A DNA stretch of 64,000 bases from an uncultured Prolixibacteraceae bacterium (lineage in GTDB: Bacteria; Bacteroidota; Bacteroidia; Bacteroidales; FEN-979): contig CAZXQU010000003.1 of assembly GCA_964642545.1 (NCBI GenBank), forward strand, positions 22,443 to 86,442, written 5' to 3'. The position numbers and the translations under genes were made by a program. This document shows positions 35,312 through 44,820 of the stretch, in pieces. The notes beneath the pieces were generated by a model. That model had not been told where the DNA came from, did not search any database, and saw only the letters and a list, made by a program, of their open reading frames with translations. The first letter of the stretch is position 1, and the number at the start of each line of letters is the position of its first letter.

Positions 35312-37489
35312 CTAATAGCTATACTCTTCAATAAGCAACTTCGCCAGAATGGCATCCCATATATAGTTTGAAGGGGAGTTAAGAACTTCATTATCGGCAC
35401 TATATGACTCCCAGAAATTATGATTCTTTTTCAATTGCATAACCACAGCATTTACCATCTTATCGGCTAATTGATGAGCCAGTGAGTCGTAGCCATAGTT
35501 TTTCAATCCATCATAGACCATATAATCCCAGAGAAGCCAGACCGGACCATTCCATTTGCAACAGTAATCAACATTCGGACTGTACCACGGATCATCAGCC
35601 GAAAGGGCAGGAACCCCATATCTGCGCCAGAATTTGGTTGTATCAGAGAGTACGTTCACAAGTCGGGCGGCACGATCGGAAGGTGCAACTTCAGCCCATA
35701 GGGCCAGGAAACCAATGATCTCCTGGCGACGAAGATCGCGGGTCATAAAAAACCAACCATGATCATCCCTGTTCACTGAATAGTAAAATCCAGTTGAATC
35801 ATCCCACATCCGTTCATTCACCAGTTGGGAAGTATTTTCTGCTTTCTCAAACCAACTGCGGGCTTCCTCTGTTTTTCCAAGGGTTTTGGCCATTGCAGCA
35901 AGACTGCGCTCCTCCTTGATTACCATTAAGGTCAAATCCAGACATTCCAGTTCGTCGGAGATATCCTCTTTGTCAACATCGAGGTACCTTTCAGCAGATA
36001 CCTGAAAAACAGCATTATACCAATCACGAACATTCTCAATCAGTCCATATGGTCCCCATTCAAAGGTCCCATCCTGGTCCGCATCCCTGTTTGTAATGAT
36101 CCAGTCGATATACCGAGCTCCCGAGTTGTAAGCCTCTTCAAGGAAGATTTTGTCTTTACTTACCTTAAAAATTTCCCAGTTGATCCAATTAAAAAATGGG
36201 GCAGATGTTGTCGACATCTTTTTATGCGGGTAATCCTGTAACCCACTGGGACCGTGGCGATAAGCGATCAGGCCGTCATCCCGCTGCTGCTCCATATAAA
36301 CACGTTGGGATCCCTGTGCGGATTTTGGGTCCATGTAAACGTAGGAAAGCATACTGAGGGACTCGTGAAGAACCTGGTGACCATGCCCCCAACCCCAGAG
36401 AGGATTCCGGCTGAAGACATAGAAATTTTGGGTCGTTTTACCGGTAGGAGGGTACATTGATCCTCTTACAAGGTTCAAAGCACCCAGGTATACCAGCTTC
36501 TCATCCTTCGTTTTAAACCGGATCTTCGGAACCCTGGAGAATAGGATGAGGTTGTCATCATAATAACTCCTCAGGTGCATTTTCTTCACAGATTCAATCT
36601 CGTTCAGCAGTGGATCAACTTCCTCATTTTGCGCCTGAATGCCTCGTATATAACGAAGATTACTGGTCTCGTTAGGCCTTAACCTTTCATTTAACTGAAT
36701 AGCTATATAATCAACTAGGTCAGAATCATTCATATTTAATTCATCTAATCTATAGGTTGAATAATAGTCGGTCTTTATCTCGTTATAAAAGCCTTCCATG
36801 TTACCCTTGAATCCACCATATGAATCGTTACCAGGATTGGTAGTGAAGATATTCCTTACTCGTGTTGGATACCCATATTCCGGCTTCAGGCTGCTGATAA
36901 TCCGGTAGAGGCTCTCTCTGTGGTGAAGAATATATCCCTGATGCAGACTGTCGTAATCGACTATTTCCAGCGAGTCATTTCCAAGTTCAAGAATAGGGTA
37001 AGCAACTACCTCATGAGCCACATCATCCATATTTCTCACCTGCATATCCACTAGTGAAATAGAGGAACTATAAACAAAGAAGGTCTCCTTTACGTGAATT
37101 CCCCTGAAAGGCTCATACTCCAGGATTACCATATCGGGAAACGAGAATATAACCACTGGTTTTGTGAAATACTCCCCAATATTACGAATCACAACTTCAT
37201 CAATTTTCCAGATGCAAAACATGGAACCAGCCTGATCGGAAGAGTAAGTAACAGGCCTACAATCAGAATAGTAATCCATTTTATAGGCTTTATCGCCATA
37301 AAGCCTCGAGCGTTTCATAGCTGCTGCGTAGGTCGTATAAAGCGGATCACTGGTTTTGGCATCCATCCGGATATAATCCTCAACGGGTTTTAAGTTTTGC
37401 GCATTAAGTGCATAAGGGAGAGCAGCAGTCAGGATAACCAGGATTCTAAAAAACATGGAACAGGATTTCATGGTGTAAAGATAAGGCAT
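35312..37489 (-). CDS. (alpha/alpha)6-barrel glycoside hydrolase (GH63/trehalase-like clan), secreted
   Basis: 725 aa. The C-terminal half has blocks typical of GH63/GH37-like barrels (GWGHGHQVLHESL, YCCKWNGPVWLLWDYMVYDGLKNYGY). The exact family is not resolved by eye, and the start may be the ATG 18 nt downstream. Confidence 0.6.
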   Translation of the reverse strand: MPYLYTMKSCSMFFRILVILTAALPYALNAQNLKPVEDYIRMDAKTSDPLYTTYAAAMKRSRLYGDKAYKMDYYSDCRPVTYSSDQAGSMFCIWKIDEVVIRNIGEYFTKPVVIFSFPDMVILEYEPFRGIHVKETFFVYSSSISLVDMQVRNMDDVAHEVVAYPILELGNDSLEIVDYDSLHQGYILHHRESLYRIISSLKPEYGYPTRVRNIFTTNPGNDSYGGFKGNMEGFYNEIKTDYYSTYRLDELNMNDSDLVDYIAIQLNERLRPNETSNLRYIRGIQAQNEEVDPLLNEIESVKKMHLRSYYDDNLILFSRVPKIRFKTKDEKLVYLGALNLVRGSMYPPTGKTTQNFYVFSRNPLWGWGHGHQVLHESLSMLSYVYMDPKSAQGSQRVYMEQQRDDGLIAYRHGPSGLQDYPHKKMSTTSAPFFNWINWEIFKVSKDKIFLEEAYNSGARYIDWIITNRDADQDGTFEWGPYGLIENVRDWYNAVFQVSAERYLDVDKEDISDELECLDLTLMVIKEERSLAAMAKTLGKTEEARSWFEKAENTSQLVNERMWDDSTGFYYSVNRDDHGWFFMTRDLRRQEIIGFLALWAEVAPSDRAARLVNVLSDTTKFWRRYGVPALSADDPWYSPNVDYCCKWNGPVWLLWDYMVYDGLKNYGYDSLAHQLADKMVNAVVMQLKKNHNFWESYSADNEVLNSPSNYIWDAILAKLLIEEYSY

Positions 37490-37561
37490 ATAAGCAAATC
37501 AAGAAATAATGTAAACACACCAAATAGTATTACAAGTCTTAAGGCCATGTTTCGTTTCATG

Positions 37562-40500
37562 TTAATGTTGCGTTGGTAGAGTAAGGAGAATGGATTTTCT
37601 TACATACTTTTTCTCAATGGCGTCAAACATAACTAAATATTTAGTTATAAAATTCTTTTGTTCAAAAAAACTTGCATTCTCATGAGGCTCACTAACCGGA
37701 TAATAACTCCAGACTGAGATTGTATCAGAAGTGCCAGCCAAGCCTTCGACATCAATAATATATTGATCTCCTTTTACATTCGCATCTATGATCCGCAAAC
37801 CACCAGCTTGATCACCCGGCAAAGAGGAGAGGGACAGAGGAAGAACAGAAATTCCCCCGTTGAACTCAATAGAGATGGTCTTCGTGCCAGTGACGACAAA
37901 GTTTATCTGCAATGTGACAAACCTTGAGGTGGTAAATGTTGCAAAGGGGTAATCCTTCCCATTCAGCCGAACCTTTTCAATCATTGTTTTCGGTGGCAAC
38001 GCCAGCATCATATTAACTTTAACAGGCTGATTACCCGACCTGTAAAACTGCCATACCATATTCGTTGAATCCCTTTTCCAGGAGACATTAACATCCTGAT
38101 CTCCCAAACGGATTCGTTGTACTGAAAGATAATCCCAATCAGCCGGAAGGCTGGGAGAAAAATTCAGAATATTCTTTCGTGCATCGACCTCGATTCCAAG
38201 CATCCCCTCAATGATTGGTTGTACCACCATGGTCTCCGACCAGCACTGGTGCGGACAAACACCTGAGGGTTGATATTCTGCACCGTTCAGCACCTCTTCA
38301 ACAAATCCCAATCCCCAGTTCCGGTACACATTCAAATTATTCATGATGTGGGAGAATCCCTGAAGGTAATTCCCGAACCGATACTCAGCAAGGGCTGTCC
38401 AACCCGTAAAGAGTGGCCAAACACTTCCGTAGTGATATCCTGATGGTTTGAACATCGGGCTATCCTCCCCGATGATCCGGACTCCCCAGTTGGTTGAGAA
38501 GTTATTTGACGCGTATTGTTCCAACAAAAACGGCATCAGGTATTTGTTTGTCAGCCCGAAATAGGCGGGAACAGCTGGAAGAATGGTTTGATCAGTTCGT
38601 TGAGAACCATCCCTGTTCAGTCCATAAGCATAAAATAGCTCTTTCGAGTTCCAGAACTTCTGATCGATCATATTTTTAACAACCATTGCCTCCTGCCTAT
38701 ACTGAATTGCCGCATCATCGCCGGCTGCAGCAGCTATATCAGCAGCAGCTTCCAGCGCAGCAACCCAGCATCCTGTAAGGTAAAATGATGAATGAGATCC
38801 AAATAATTTCCCCCCTTCAACCCAACCATGTCCCACATTTGTGTTCTCTATCAGGTAATCCTGATCTGTATCTGTCGAAAAACAATAATCAATGGCTTTC
38901 CTGATCCCCGGCCAGTTTGCCTGGATAAATGCGGTATCTCCCGACTTCAGAAGATATTTTCCAGCCAGAACAATAAAGAGGGGAGTGGCATCCGACGCAT
39001 CATAATGAATTACCCCTGAAGTAGTTGCCTCATGAAATATCTTTCCGTTCAGATCCTGGTACTTCAGATAAAATTCCAGATTCTTCCTCACCTTCTCAAA
39101 ATCGCCGTAATCGAGTAATGCAAGTCCGCTCCACTGGCCGTCACGACCAAAATACCAGGAATATCCAGGCCTTCCGCTCACTGCCTGGGCACCGTCCCAC
39201 CCACGACGGGTGGTTCCATATCCTGCGACGAGGGCTGAACCCATGCCTGGCGTGGTGACGAAAAACCGGTCAGTTCCAACAAGTGCCCACTGGTATCCTC
39301 TGTTTAAGTTTTTATCAGGTGTTGTTACCATGAGTCTCTTGCTTAAAAGATCCTCTACATGCTTTTGTGCTCTGGCAAAAATGGCTTCAGGACTCCTGAT
39401 CGCATAATCGAAACTAGCTGTTGCTTCCTCTATTCCATTTATCCCCGACGCAATAGCGATGTCGAGCGATTCACCCGGATCCATTGAATAGATAAGGTTC
39501 GCATCAACAATAAATCCATCTCCCTGAATGGCATTGTGAAAGACCGGAACACTGTTTCCTCCAACCACCATAGCCATATCTCCGGATTTATCTCCAAAAA
39601 CAAATGCGTTATAATCAGCATCCCAGCCATAACAAATTGAACTGATGGATCCTTCAGGATAAGGCCACATCAACCGAAGGTTCGTACTGAAGCGGATCGA
39701 CAATTCGAATGATTCTTCACCATTCCAGGTATAATGAACAACACCACAGGGGAGGGTTGGATCAGCAGCAACAACTTCATCCAGGATGCCATGATCAAGC
39801 TTGTAATGACGGATGAAGCCGTCGGGGCGAATCTCAATTTCAGGTGTCAGCTCCTGAAGCCAGGTAATATTTTCAGATGCCGGATGCCGGATGCCTGATT
39901 GATAATCACGCAGGGCCATGAAAGGATGGGTCCAAATCTCTTCGATACCACCTGTTTCCTCTCCCATGATCAGGATTCGCTCGCCCGCAGCCTCACAATA
40001 GGCCTTTGAGGCAGCGTGAAGTGGAAATGTCAGCGGGTGTGGTTTGATAGTCCATGGAACGGCTTCAGGAATAGCCTCAAACAGGACATCCCGGTTCTGG
40101 ATCTTTTCAGGACATTGCGTGATAAAAGAGGGTGTATAATCCCAATAGAAGCGAGGCTCCTTATCAAATTCTCCGGTGAGGTAGTCCAGTATGTTCATTG
40201 CAAAGGCTTCAAGATGAGGTCGGTTGTCATTTTGAGGTGCAAAAAGGGTGTAAGCCCCAACGGCCAGCAATTTCCCATTTCCAACATCATATTCCACAAC
40301 TACTTTCGAATGTTCTCGAAAAAAAATATAATCCCAGTCAATGGCTGCTACTTTTCCCTGCATGGGAATTGTATCGCCAAAAAAGCCGTTGACACGAACA
40401 GTAAGGTCATGTGTTGGCTTGTAGATGTAAGCCCCACCGTTCAAACCGGCGAAGAGCGGATGCTCCCGGTACGCATGAAATCCGAGTTTTCGTCCATAGC

Positions 40501-41071
40501 CTTCATCCACAAAGACTTTGTGCCTTACAGAGGGTATTGCAGTCTCTATCCCAAAAAGATTCAGGTAGGGGAAGGCATCAAGTGTCAGCAGGAGAGAGCC
40601 TCCGTTTTCAAGATAATCACGAAGTAGTTTGATCAGCTTCGGATTAGAGGCATCAGGGGAAAATTGACTGCTATCTGAGGTGTGAAACCAAACCACTGCA
40701 GCCTCATGTAGTTGTCTCGGTTGTTTTCTTAGTTCAAGAAACGTGCTGTATTTCAGCGAATAGCCATCAAGTTCCTTCACAAATTCCATGGCAGCCACAA
40801 GCTCAGTATCTATAGAGGTAAGAGGCTCCTGGCCAACCATTAGAACAACTCTCTTTCCACCTGAGCCCTCTTCATTCTTCACTCTTCCCTCGTCCTTCGT
40901 AATTAGCTCCACCGAGCTCTCTTGTGCTTCGGTTCGTACTTTTTTCTTCGAGATCGGAATAGTATGCCGTCGTGCATCTGAACCCTTCACTCCCTGTGAA
41001 ACAACGGGTAATGTGTTAATTACAAGTAGAATTAACAAGAATAACCGGGTCTGTCTCATTTTTTCTTTCAT
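37562..41071 (-). CDS. 1169-aa secreted protein with glycogen-debranching-enzyme-like (GDE_C, amylo-alpha-1,6-glucosidase-type) catalytic region and unassigned N-terminal ~350 aa
   Basis: GRPGYSWYFGRDGQWSGLALLDYGDFEKVRKNLEF resembles the WFGRD block of GDE_C-type (alpha/alpha)6 enzymes. It contains an in-frame GATGCCG x3 repeat at 39876-39896. Confidence 0.65.
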   Translation of the reverse strand: MKEKMRQTRLFLLILLVINTLPVVSQGVKGSDARRHTIPISKKKVRTEAQESSVELITKDEGRVKNEEGSGGKRVVLMVGQEPLTSIDTELVAAMEFVKELDGYSLKYSTFLELRKQPRQLHEAAVVWFHTSDSSQFSPDASNPKLIKLLRDYLENGGSLLLTLDAFPYLNLFGIETAIPSVRHKVFVDEGYGRKLGFHAYREHPLFAGLNGGAYIYKPTHDLTVRVNGFFGDTIPMQGKVAAIDWDYIFFREHSKVVVEYDVGNGKLLAVGAYTLFAPQNDNRPHLEAFAMNILDYLTGEFDKEPRFYWDYTPSFITQCPEKIQNRDVLFEAIPEAVPWTIKPHPLTFPLHAASKAYCEAAGERILIMGEETGGIEEIWTHPFMALRDYQSGIRHPASENITWLQELTPEIEIRPDGFIRHYKLDHGILDEVVAADPTLPCGVVHYTWNGEESFELSIRFSTNLRLMWPYPEGSISSICYGWDADYNAFVFGDKSGDMAMVVGGNSVPVFHNAIQGDGFIVDANLIYSMDPGESLDIAIASGINGIEEATASFDYAIRSPEAIFARAQKHVEDLLSKRLMVTTPDKNLNRGYQWALVGTDRFFVTTPGMGSALVAGYGTTRRGWDGAQAVSGRPGYSWYFGRDGQWSGLALLDYGDFEKVRKNLEFYLKYQDLNGKIFHEATTSGVIHYDASDATPLFIVLAGKYLLKSGDTAFIQANWPGIRKAIDYCFSTDTDQDYLIENTNVGHGWVEGGKLFGSHSSFYLTGCWVAALEAAADIAAAAGDDAAIQYRQEAMVVKNMIDQKFWNSKELFYAYGLNRDGSQRTDQTILPAVPAYFGLTNKYLMPFLLEQYASNNFSTNWGVRIIGEDSPMFKPSGYHYGSVWPLFTGWTALAEYRFGNYLQGFSHIMNNLNVYRNWGLGFVEEVLNGAEYQPSGVCPHQCWSETMVVQPIIEGMLGIEVDARKNILNFSPSLPADWDYLSVQRIRLGDQDVNVSWKRDSTNMVWQFYRSGNQPVKVNMMLALPPKTMIEKVRLNGKDYPFATFTTSRFVTLQINFVVTGTKTISIEFNGGISVLPLSLSSLPGDQAGGLRIIDANVKGDQYIIDVEGLAGTSDTISVWSYYPVSEPHENASFFEQKNFITKYLVMFDAIEKKYVRKSILLTLPTQH
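39876..39900. repeat. 3 x GATGCC(G/T) heptamer, ending in the same 14-mer CCGGATGCCTGATT found in GH92
   Basis: The tract reads gatgccg gatgccg gatgcct gatt, and 39887-39900 is identical to 8714-8727. Confidence 0.9.
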
Positions 41072-41712
41072 AATCTGCCAACAAATTCAGTCAATGATGA
41101 TAGTACTTCTACTCCGGCCGATCGGAGCCGCTCTTCCGAATGATGCCCGTTAGGGATCAGGATGCAATCGATCCCGATCTCTCTGGCAACTTCGGCATCA
41201 TGGAGGGTATCTCCAACAAAGATGATCTCCTCTCTTGGGATCCCCAGGTCACGTATCAACCTAAATCCTACATCGGTTTTTCCATGTGCGTAATGATCAT
41301 CCAATCCCCTTACCTGGTCAAAAAAAGGCCTCACTTCATGTGCAATAGTCTCTTGCAGCAACTCATTCTGTTCACGGGCCGAAAGGATGCTTTGTTTGTA
41401 TCCCTTTAGTTCGCAGTATGGTAGTAGATGCTTGACCTCCGGATGCAGATGGCATTCGTGTTGCCGCTGGTTGTATAGTACCATGAATTCCATCCCTACC
41501 TCTTCAAAAGGTTCTTTTTCAAAGTCAAATCCAAGCTTCAGGTAGTAGTCTTTCACAGGAAAATCAAAAATGGATCGGTAAATTTCTAATGTAATAGGAG
41601 TAAGGTCACGTTGCTTAAGCATGCCATTCATCACCTCCACACATAGCCAGGCATCATCCAGCAGTGTTCCGTTCCAATCCCAGATAATATGTGAGTGCCG
41701 GCTTAATTCCAT
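41068..41712 (-). CDS. HAD-superfamily phosphatase
   Basis: Contains IIWDWNGTLLDD (DxD-type motif I) and VGDTLHD (motif IV). Its stop overlaps the downstream GDE-like start by 4 nt. Confidence 0.8.
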   Translation of the reverse strand: MELSRHSHIIWDWNGTLLDDAWLCVEVMNGMLKQRDLTPITLEIYRSIFDFPVKDYYLKLGFDFEKEPFEEVGMEFMVLYNQRQHECHLHPEVKHLLPYCELKGYKQSILSAREQNELLQETIAHEVRPFFDQVRGLDDHYAHGKTDVGFRLIRDLGIPREEIIFVGDTLHDAEVAREIGIDCILIPNGHHSEERLRSAGVEVLSSLTEFVGRL

Positions 41713-41729
41713 AATCCTCAGTTTCTTTA

Positions 41730-41762
41730 CCTTTGCGCACTTCGCGCCTTTGCGCCTTAGCG
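41730..41762. repeat. micro-tandem repeat CCTTTGCGC / ACTTCGCG / CCTTTGCGC / CTTAGCG in a divergent promoter region
   Basis: Read directly. It lies between the HAD start (41712, minus) and the radical SAM start (41816, plus). Confidence 0.8.
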
Positions 41763-41815
41763 TTAATAGTCTTCATTTGAAAAGTACGAAAATAACGAAA
41801 AACTGGTCAACTCGT

Positions 41816-42760
41816 ATGAACTTCTCCTCTCTTCTTTCGGAACTCGATGTACTGCATGATTGTACTTTCTGTCCCCGCAACTGCCATGCCAACAGGTTCA
41901 GCCAGAAATTGGGCTATTGCAAAACCGGAACGGGATTTAACATCTCTTCGATCTGTATTCACCGTGGAGAAGAGCCTGTTATCAGCGGGTTTAAAGGCAT
42001 CTGCAATATCTTTTTTTCTCATTGCAACCTGCAGTGCAGCTTCTGCCAGAACCATCAAATAAGTGATAATTTGATTAATACGACTTCATTTGCCCTATCT
42101 CTGGAAGCTGTAACAAGCCAGATTATTCGAATCCTTGATCAGGGGATCAATATCGTTGGGTTTGTTTCACCTTCCCACATGATTCCTCAGATGAAAGCCA
42201 TCATCAGGGCTGTCAAGAGCTTGGGATACGAACCAACATGGGTATATAATACCAATGGTTACGACACCGTGGAGACGTTACGCGACCTGGAAGAGGTAAT
42301 TGATGTCTACCTGCCCGATCTGAAATACATGGACTCAACGCTTTCTGCGAGGCTCTCGGATGCCGCTGATTACCCTGAAGTCGCCGGTGCTGCCCTCAAA
42401 GAGATGCTTCGACAGAAAGGAACAACCTTGAGAATCAATGACGACGGGTATGCCGAATCCGGATTGTTAATTCGTCATCTGGTTCTTCCGGGATATATTC
42501 AGAACAGCATTGATGTCCTTAAATTCATTGCCGAAGAGCTTTCACCATTGGTCCATGTCGGCCTGATGTCGCAGTACTATCCTGCAAACAGTGTATGTTC
42601 CGAAAAAGAACTCTCAAGATCTCTGACTAAAAAGGAGTACAACCGGGTTGTGGAAGTCATGGATGAGTTTGGTTTCAGTCGTGGATTTATCCAGGAACTG
42701 GAAAGTTTCAACCAGTACCGCCCTGATTTCGACAAAAATCACCCCTTCGAACAGGATTAA
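41816..42760 (+). CDS. radical SAM protein (PflX-like putative activase)
   Basis: Contains the CNLQCSFCQN CxxxCxxC motif. The start at the 41816 ATG gives MNFSSLLSELD...; the tracked ORF has a 65-aa implausible N-terminal extension that overlaps the HAD gene. Confidence 0.8.
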   Translation: MNFSSLLSELDVLHDCTFCPRNCHANRFSQKLGYCKTGTGFNISSICIHRGEEPVISGFKGICNIFFSHCNLQCSFCQNHQISDNLINTTSFALSLEAVTSQIIRILDQGINIVGFVSPSHMIPQMKAIIRAVKSLGYEPTWVYNTNGYDTVETLRDLEEVIDVYLPDLKYMDSTLSARLSDAADYPEVAGAALKEMLRQKGTTLRINDDGYAESGLLIRHLVLPGYIQNSIDVLKFIAEELSPLVHVGLMSQYYPANSVCSEKELSRSLTKKEYNRVVEVMDEFGFSRGFIQELESFNQYRPDFDKNHPFEQD

Positions 42761-42834
42761 TTTCTACATTTGGAGCCGAATCCTGACTTCATTGCCTTCT
42801 GATCAAAAACCAATTAACTTAAATCAATAGTATA

Positions 42835-44043
42835 ATGAGAAAGACAGTTACCTTTTTAGCTATTTTATCTTTGGGATTTTCACTTCCGGTAAATGCCCAG
42901 GATGAAGGAAAGAAAGAGAAAGTAGATTCTGCCTATGTCTTCACGGATGAAATCAGACTACCTGCTACTTCAGTGAAGAATCAGTTCAGATCCTCCACTT
43001 GCTGGAGTTACTCTGCAGTATCGTTTCTGGAATCTGAATTGTTACGAATGGGAAAAGACACGTTCGACCTGTCTGAAATGTTTATTGCCTACTATGCTTA
43101 TGCAGATAAAGCTCCTATTTATGTGCGTTTTCATGGCGAACACGGCTTTGGCCCAGGAGGAGCAGCTCATGATGTTCCTTATGTAATTAAGAATTATGGC
43201 ATTGTTCCTGAAGCGGTTTACAGTGGCATGACGATAGGTGAAGAGAATCCGGTTCATGGTGAAATGGATGCTGTACTAAAAGCATATGTAGATGCTGTGG
43301 TGACAAACCCGAACAAGAAATTAACCCCTGTTTGGCTCAGGGGATATACCGGGATCCTGGATGCCTACCTTGGCCAGATTCCTGAGACCTTCACCTATAA
43401 AGGAACAGAATATACGCCGAAGAGCTTTGAAGAAATGCTTGGACTGAACCTCGATGATTATGTCGAAATCTCTTCGTTCAACCATCATCCCTTTTATGAA
43501 AAATTCATCCTTGAAGTCCCTGATAACTGGTTAATGGATGAAGTATACAATGTTCCACTTGACGAGATGATACAGATCTTGGATAATTCTCTAAAACAAG
43601 GGTATACTGTTGTGTGGGGAAGTGATATCAGTGAAAAGGGATTCTCATGGAAAAACGGAGTAGCGATTGTTCCCGACAAGGATGCCCCGGAGCTGGCCGG
43701 ATTGGAACAGGGAAAATGGGAGAAGATGACCGATAAGGAGAAGGAGGATATGCTTTACAAGTTCAAAAGCCCCGTGCCGGAAAAAAAGATCACACAAGAG
43801 ATCAGACAGGAGGAATTTGATGATTACAAGTCGACTGATGACCATGGGATGCATATCATTGGGTTGGCGAAAGACCAGAATGGAAGTACATACTATATCG
43901 TCAAAAACTCATGGGGTAACAATAGTCACAAATATGATGGCTATTTTTATGTTTCACAGCCATTTGTCGCCCTGAAAACAATGGACATCATGGTTCATAA
44001 AAACGTAATCCCGAAAGAAATCCGTAAAAAGCTCGGACTATAA
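42835..44043 (+). CDS. pepC: aminopeptidase C / bleomycin-hydrolase-type cysteine peptidase (C1B), secreted
   Basis: Contains the QFRSSTCWSYS catalytic Cys block and the late HGMHIIG...KNSWG block. Confidence 0.8.
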   Translation: MRKTVTFLAILSLGFSLPVNAQDEGKKEKVDSAYVFTDEIRLPATSVKNQFRSSTCWSYSAVSFLESELLRMGKDTFDLSEMFIAYYAYADKAPIYVRFHGEHGFGPGGAAHDVPYVIKNYGIVPEAVYSGMTIGEENPVHGEMDAVLKAYVDAVVTNPNKKLTPVWLRGYTGILDAYLGQIPETFTYKGTEYTPKSFEEMLGLNLDDYVEISSFNHHPFYEKFILEVPDNWLMDEVYNVPLDEMIQILDNSLKQGYTVVWGSDISEKGFSWKNGVAIVPDKDAPELAGLEQGKWEKMTDKEKEDMLYKFKSPVPEKKITQEIRQEEFDDYKSTDDHGMHIIGLAKDQNGSTYYIVKNSWGNNSHKYDGYFYVSQPFVALKTMDIMVHKNVIPKEIRKKLGL

Positions 44044-44718
44044 ACTCCATTTTCCTCTTTTCGTTGGAAATTTGATCGCTTCATCCAGGATGTTCAGGTA
44101 TTCTGATCTGGGAATCAGCATTGCTCCCATACGTAGAAAGTGTTCTGTTTCGACCTGGCAGTCAATAAAATAGAATTCCCAGGTTATCAATTGCTGAACC
44201 AAATGGAAAAGGGCCACTTTCGAAGCATTTGGTTTGGTGAAGAACATACTCTCTCCAAAAAAGGCTCTCCCCAGTGATATTCCATAAAGCCCACCAACAA
44301 TTACCCCATTATCATAACATGCAACGGAGTGGGCGAAACCCTTTGTATGCAGATTTGTATACCCTTCGATGAATTCGTCACTGATCCATGTATCTGGTTC
44401 ATGGGCTCGTTTGATCCGGGCACACTGACGGATGACATCCTCAAAATCGGTGTCCAGCTTCACTTCAAATTGTTTGGTCCGGATAATTCGTTCCAGAGAT
44501 TTTGAGATCTTTAATTTCTCAGGAAAAAGAATCAGCCGGGGATCAGGAGAGAACCAGTAGGGCTCTCTATCATGGACAAACCAGGGAAAGATTCCAGACG
44601 CATAGGCATTCAACAACCGATCAACAGAAAAATCACCACCAACTGCAATCAAACCATCCTCTTCTGCCTCAGTAGCAGGAGGGAAAACAGGTTCTTTCGG
44701 TAACAGGTAGACAGGCAA
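44038..44718 (-). CDS. aat: leucyl/phenylalanyl-tRNA--protein transferase
   Basis: FPPATEAEEDGLIAVGGDFSVDRLLNAYASGIFPWF is colinear with the E. coli Aat N-terminus. The apparent start is TTG. Confidence 0.85.
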   Translation of the reverse strand: MPVYLLPKEPVFPPATEAEEDGLIAVGGDFSVDRLLNAYASGIFPWFVHDREPYWFSPDPRLILFPEKLKISKSLERIIRTKQFEVKLDTDFEDVIRQCARIKRAHEPDTWISDEFIEGYTNLHTKGFAHSVACYDNGVIVGGLYGISLGRAFFGESMFFTKPNASKVALFHLVQQLITWEFYFIDCQVETEHFLRMGAMLIPRSEYLNILDEAIKFPTKRGKWSL

Positions 44719-44721
44719 AGT

Positions 44722-44775
44722 GAAGTTAGAAGTTAAAAGTTAGAATGCAAGTACGAAGTTAGAAGGACGAAGTAC
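44722..44775. repeat. micro-tandem repeat, unit GAAGTTA (about 6 degenerate copies)
   Basis: The tract reads gaagtta gaagtta aaagtta gaatgca agtac gaagtta gaagga cgaagtac. It begins immediately upstream of the aat start. Confidence 0.8.
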
Positions 44776-44792
44776 AAAGCTTTCAACAGAAT

Positions 44793-44820
44793 ATCCAGTC
44801 ATCCAGTTATCCAGTTATCA
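44793..44820. repeat. 3.5 x ATCCAGT(C/T) 8-mer tandem repeat running into the aminotransferase stop codon
   Basis: The tract reads atccagtc atccagtt atccagtt atca. Confidence 0.85.

Noticed and set aside
41621-41815. N-terminal extensions proposed by the ORF track (41621, 46076, 48810, 59602, 28206, 31640..32434, 53035)
   Set aside because: The extensions overlap neighbouring genes or lack signal or fold features. Internal ATGs give canonical N-termini such as signal peptides, MKNKVVVITG, and L33 MAKK.
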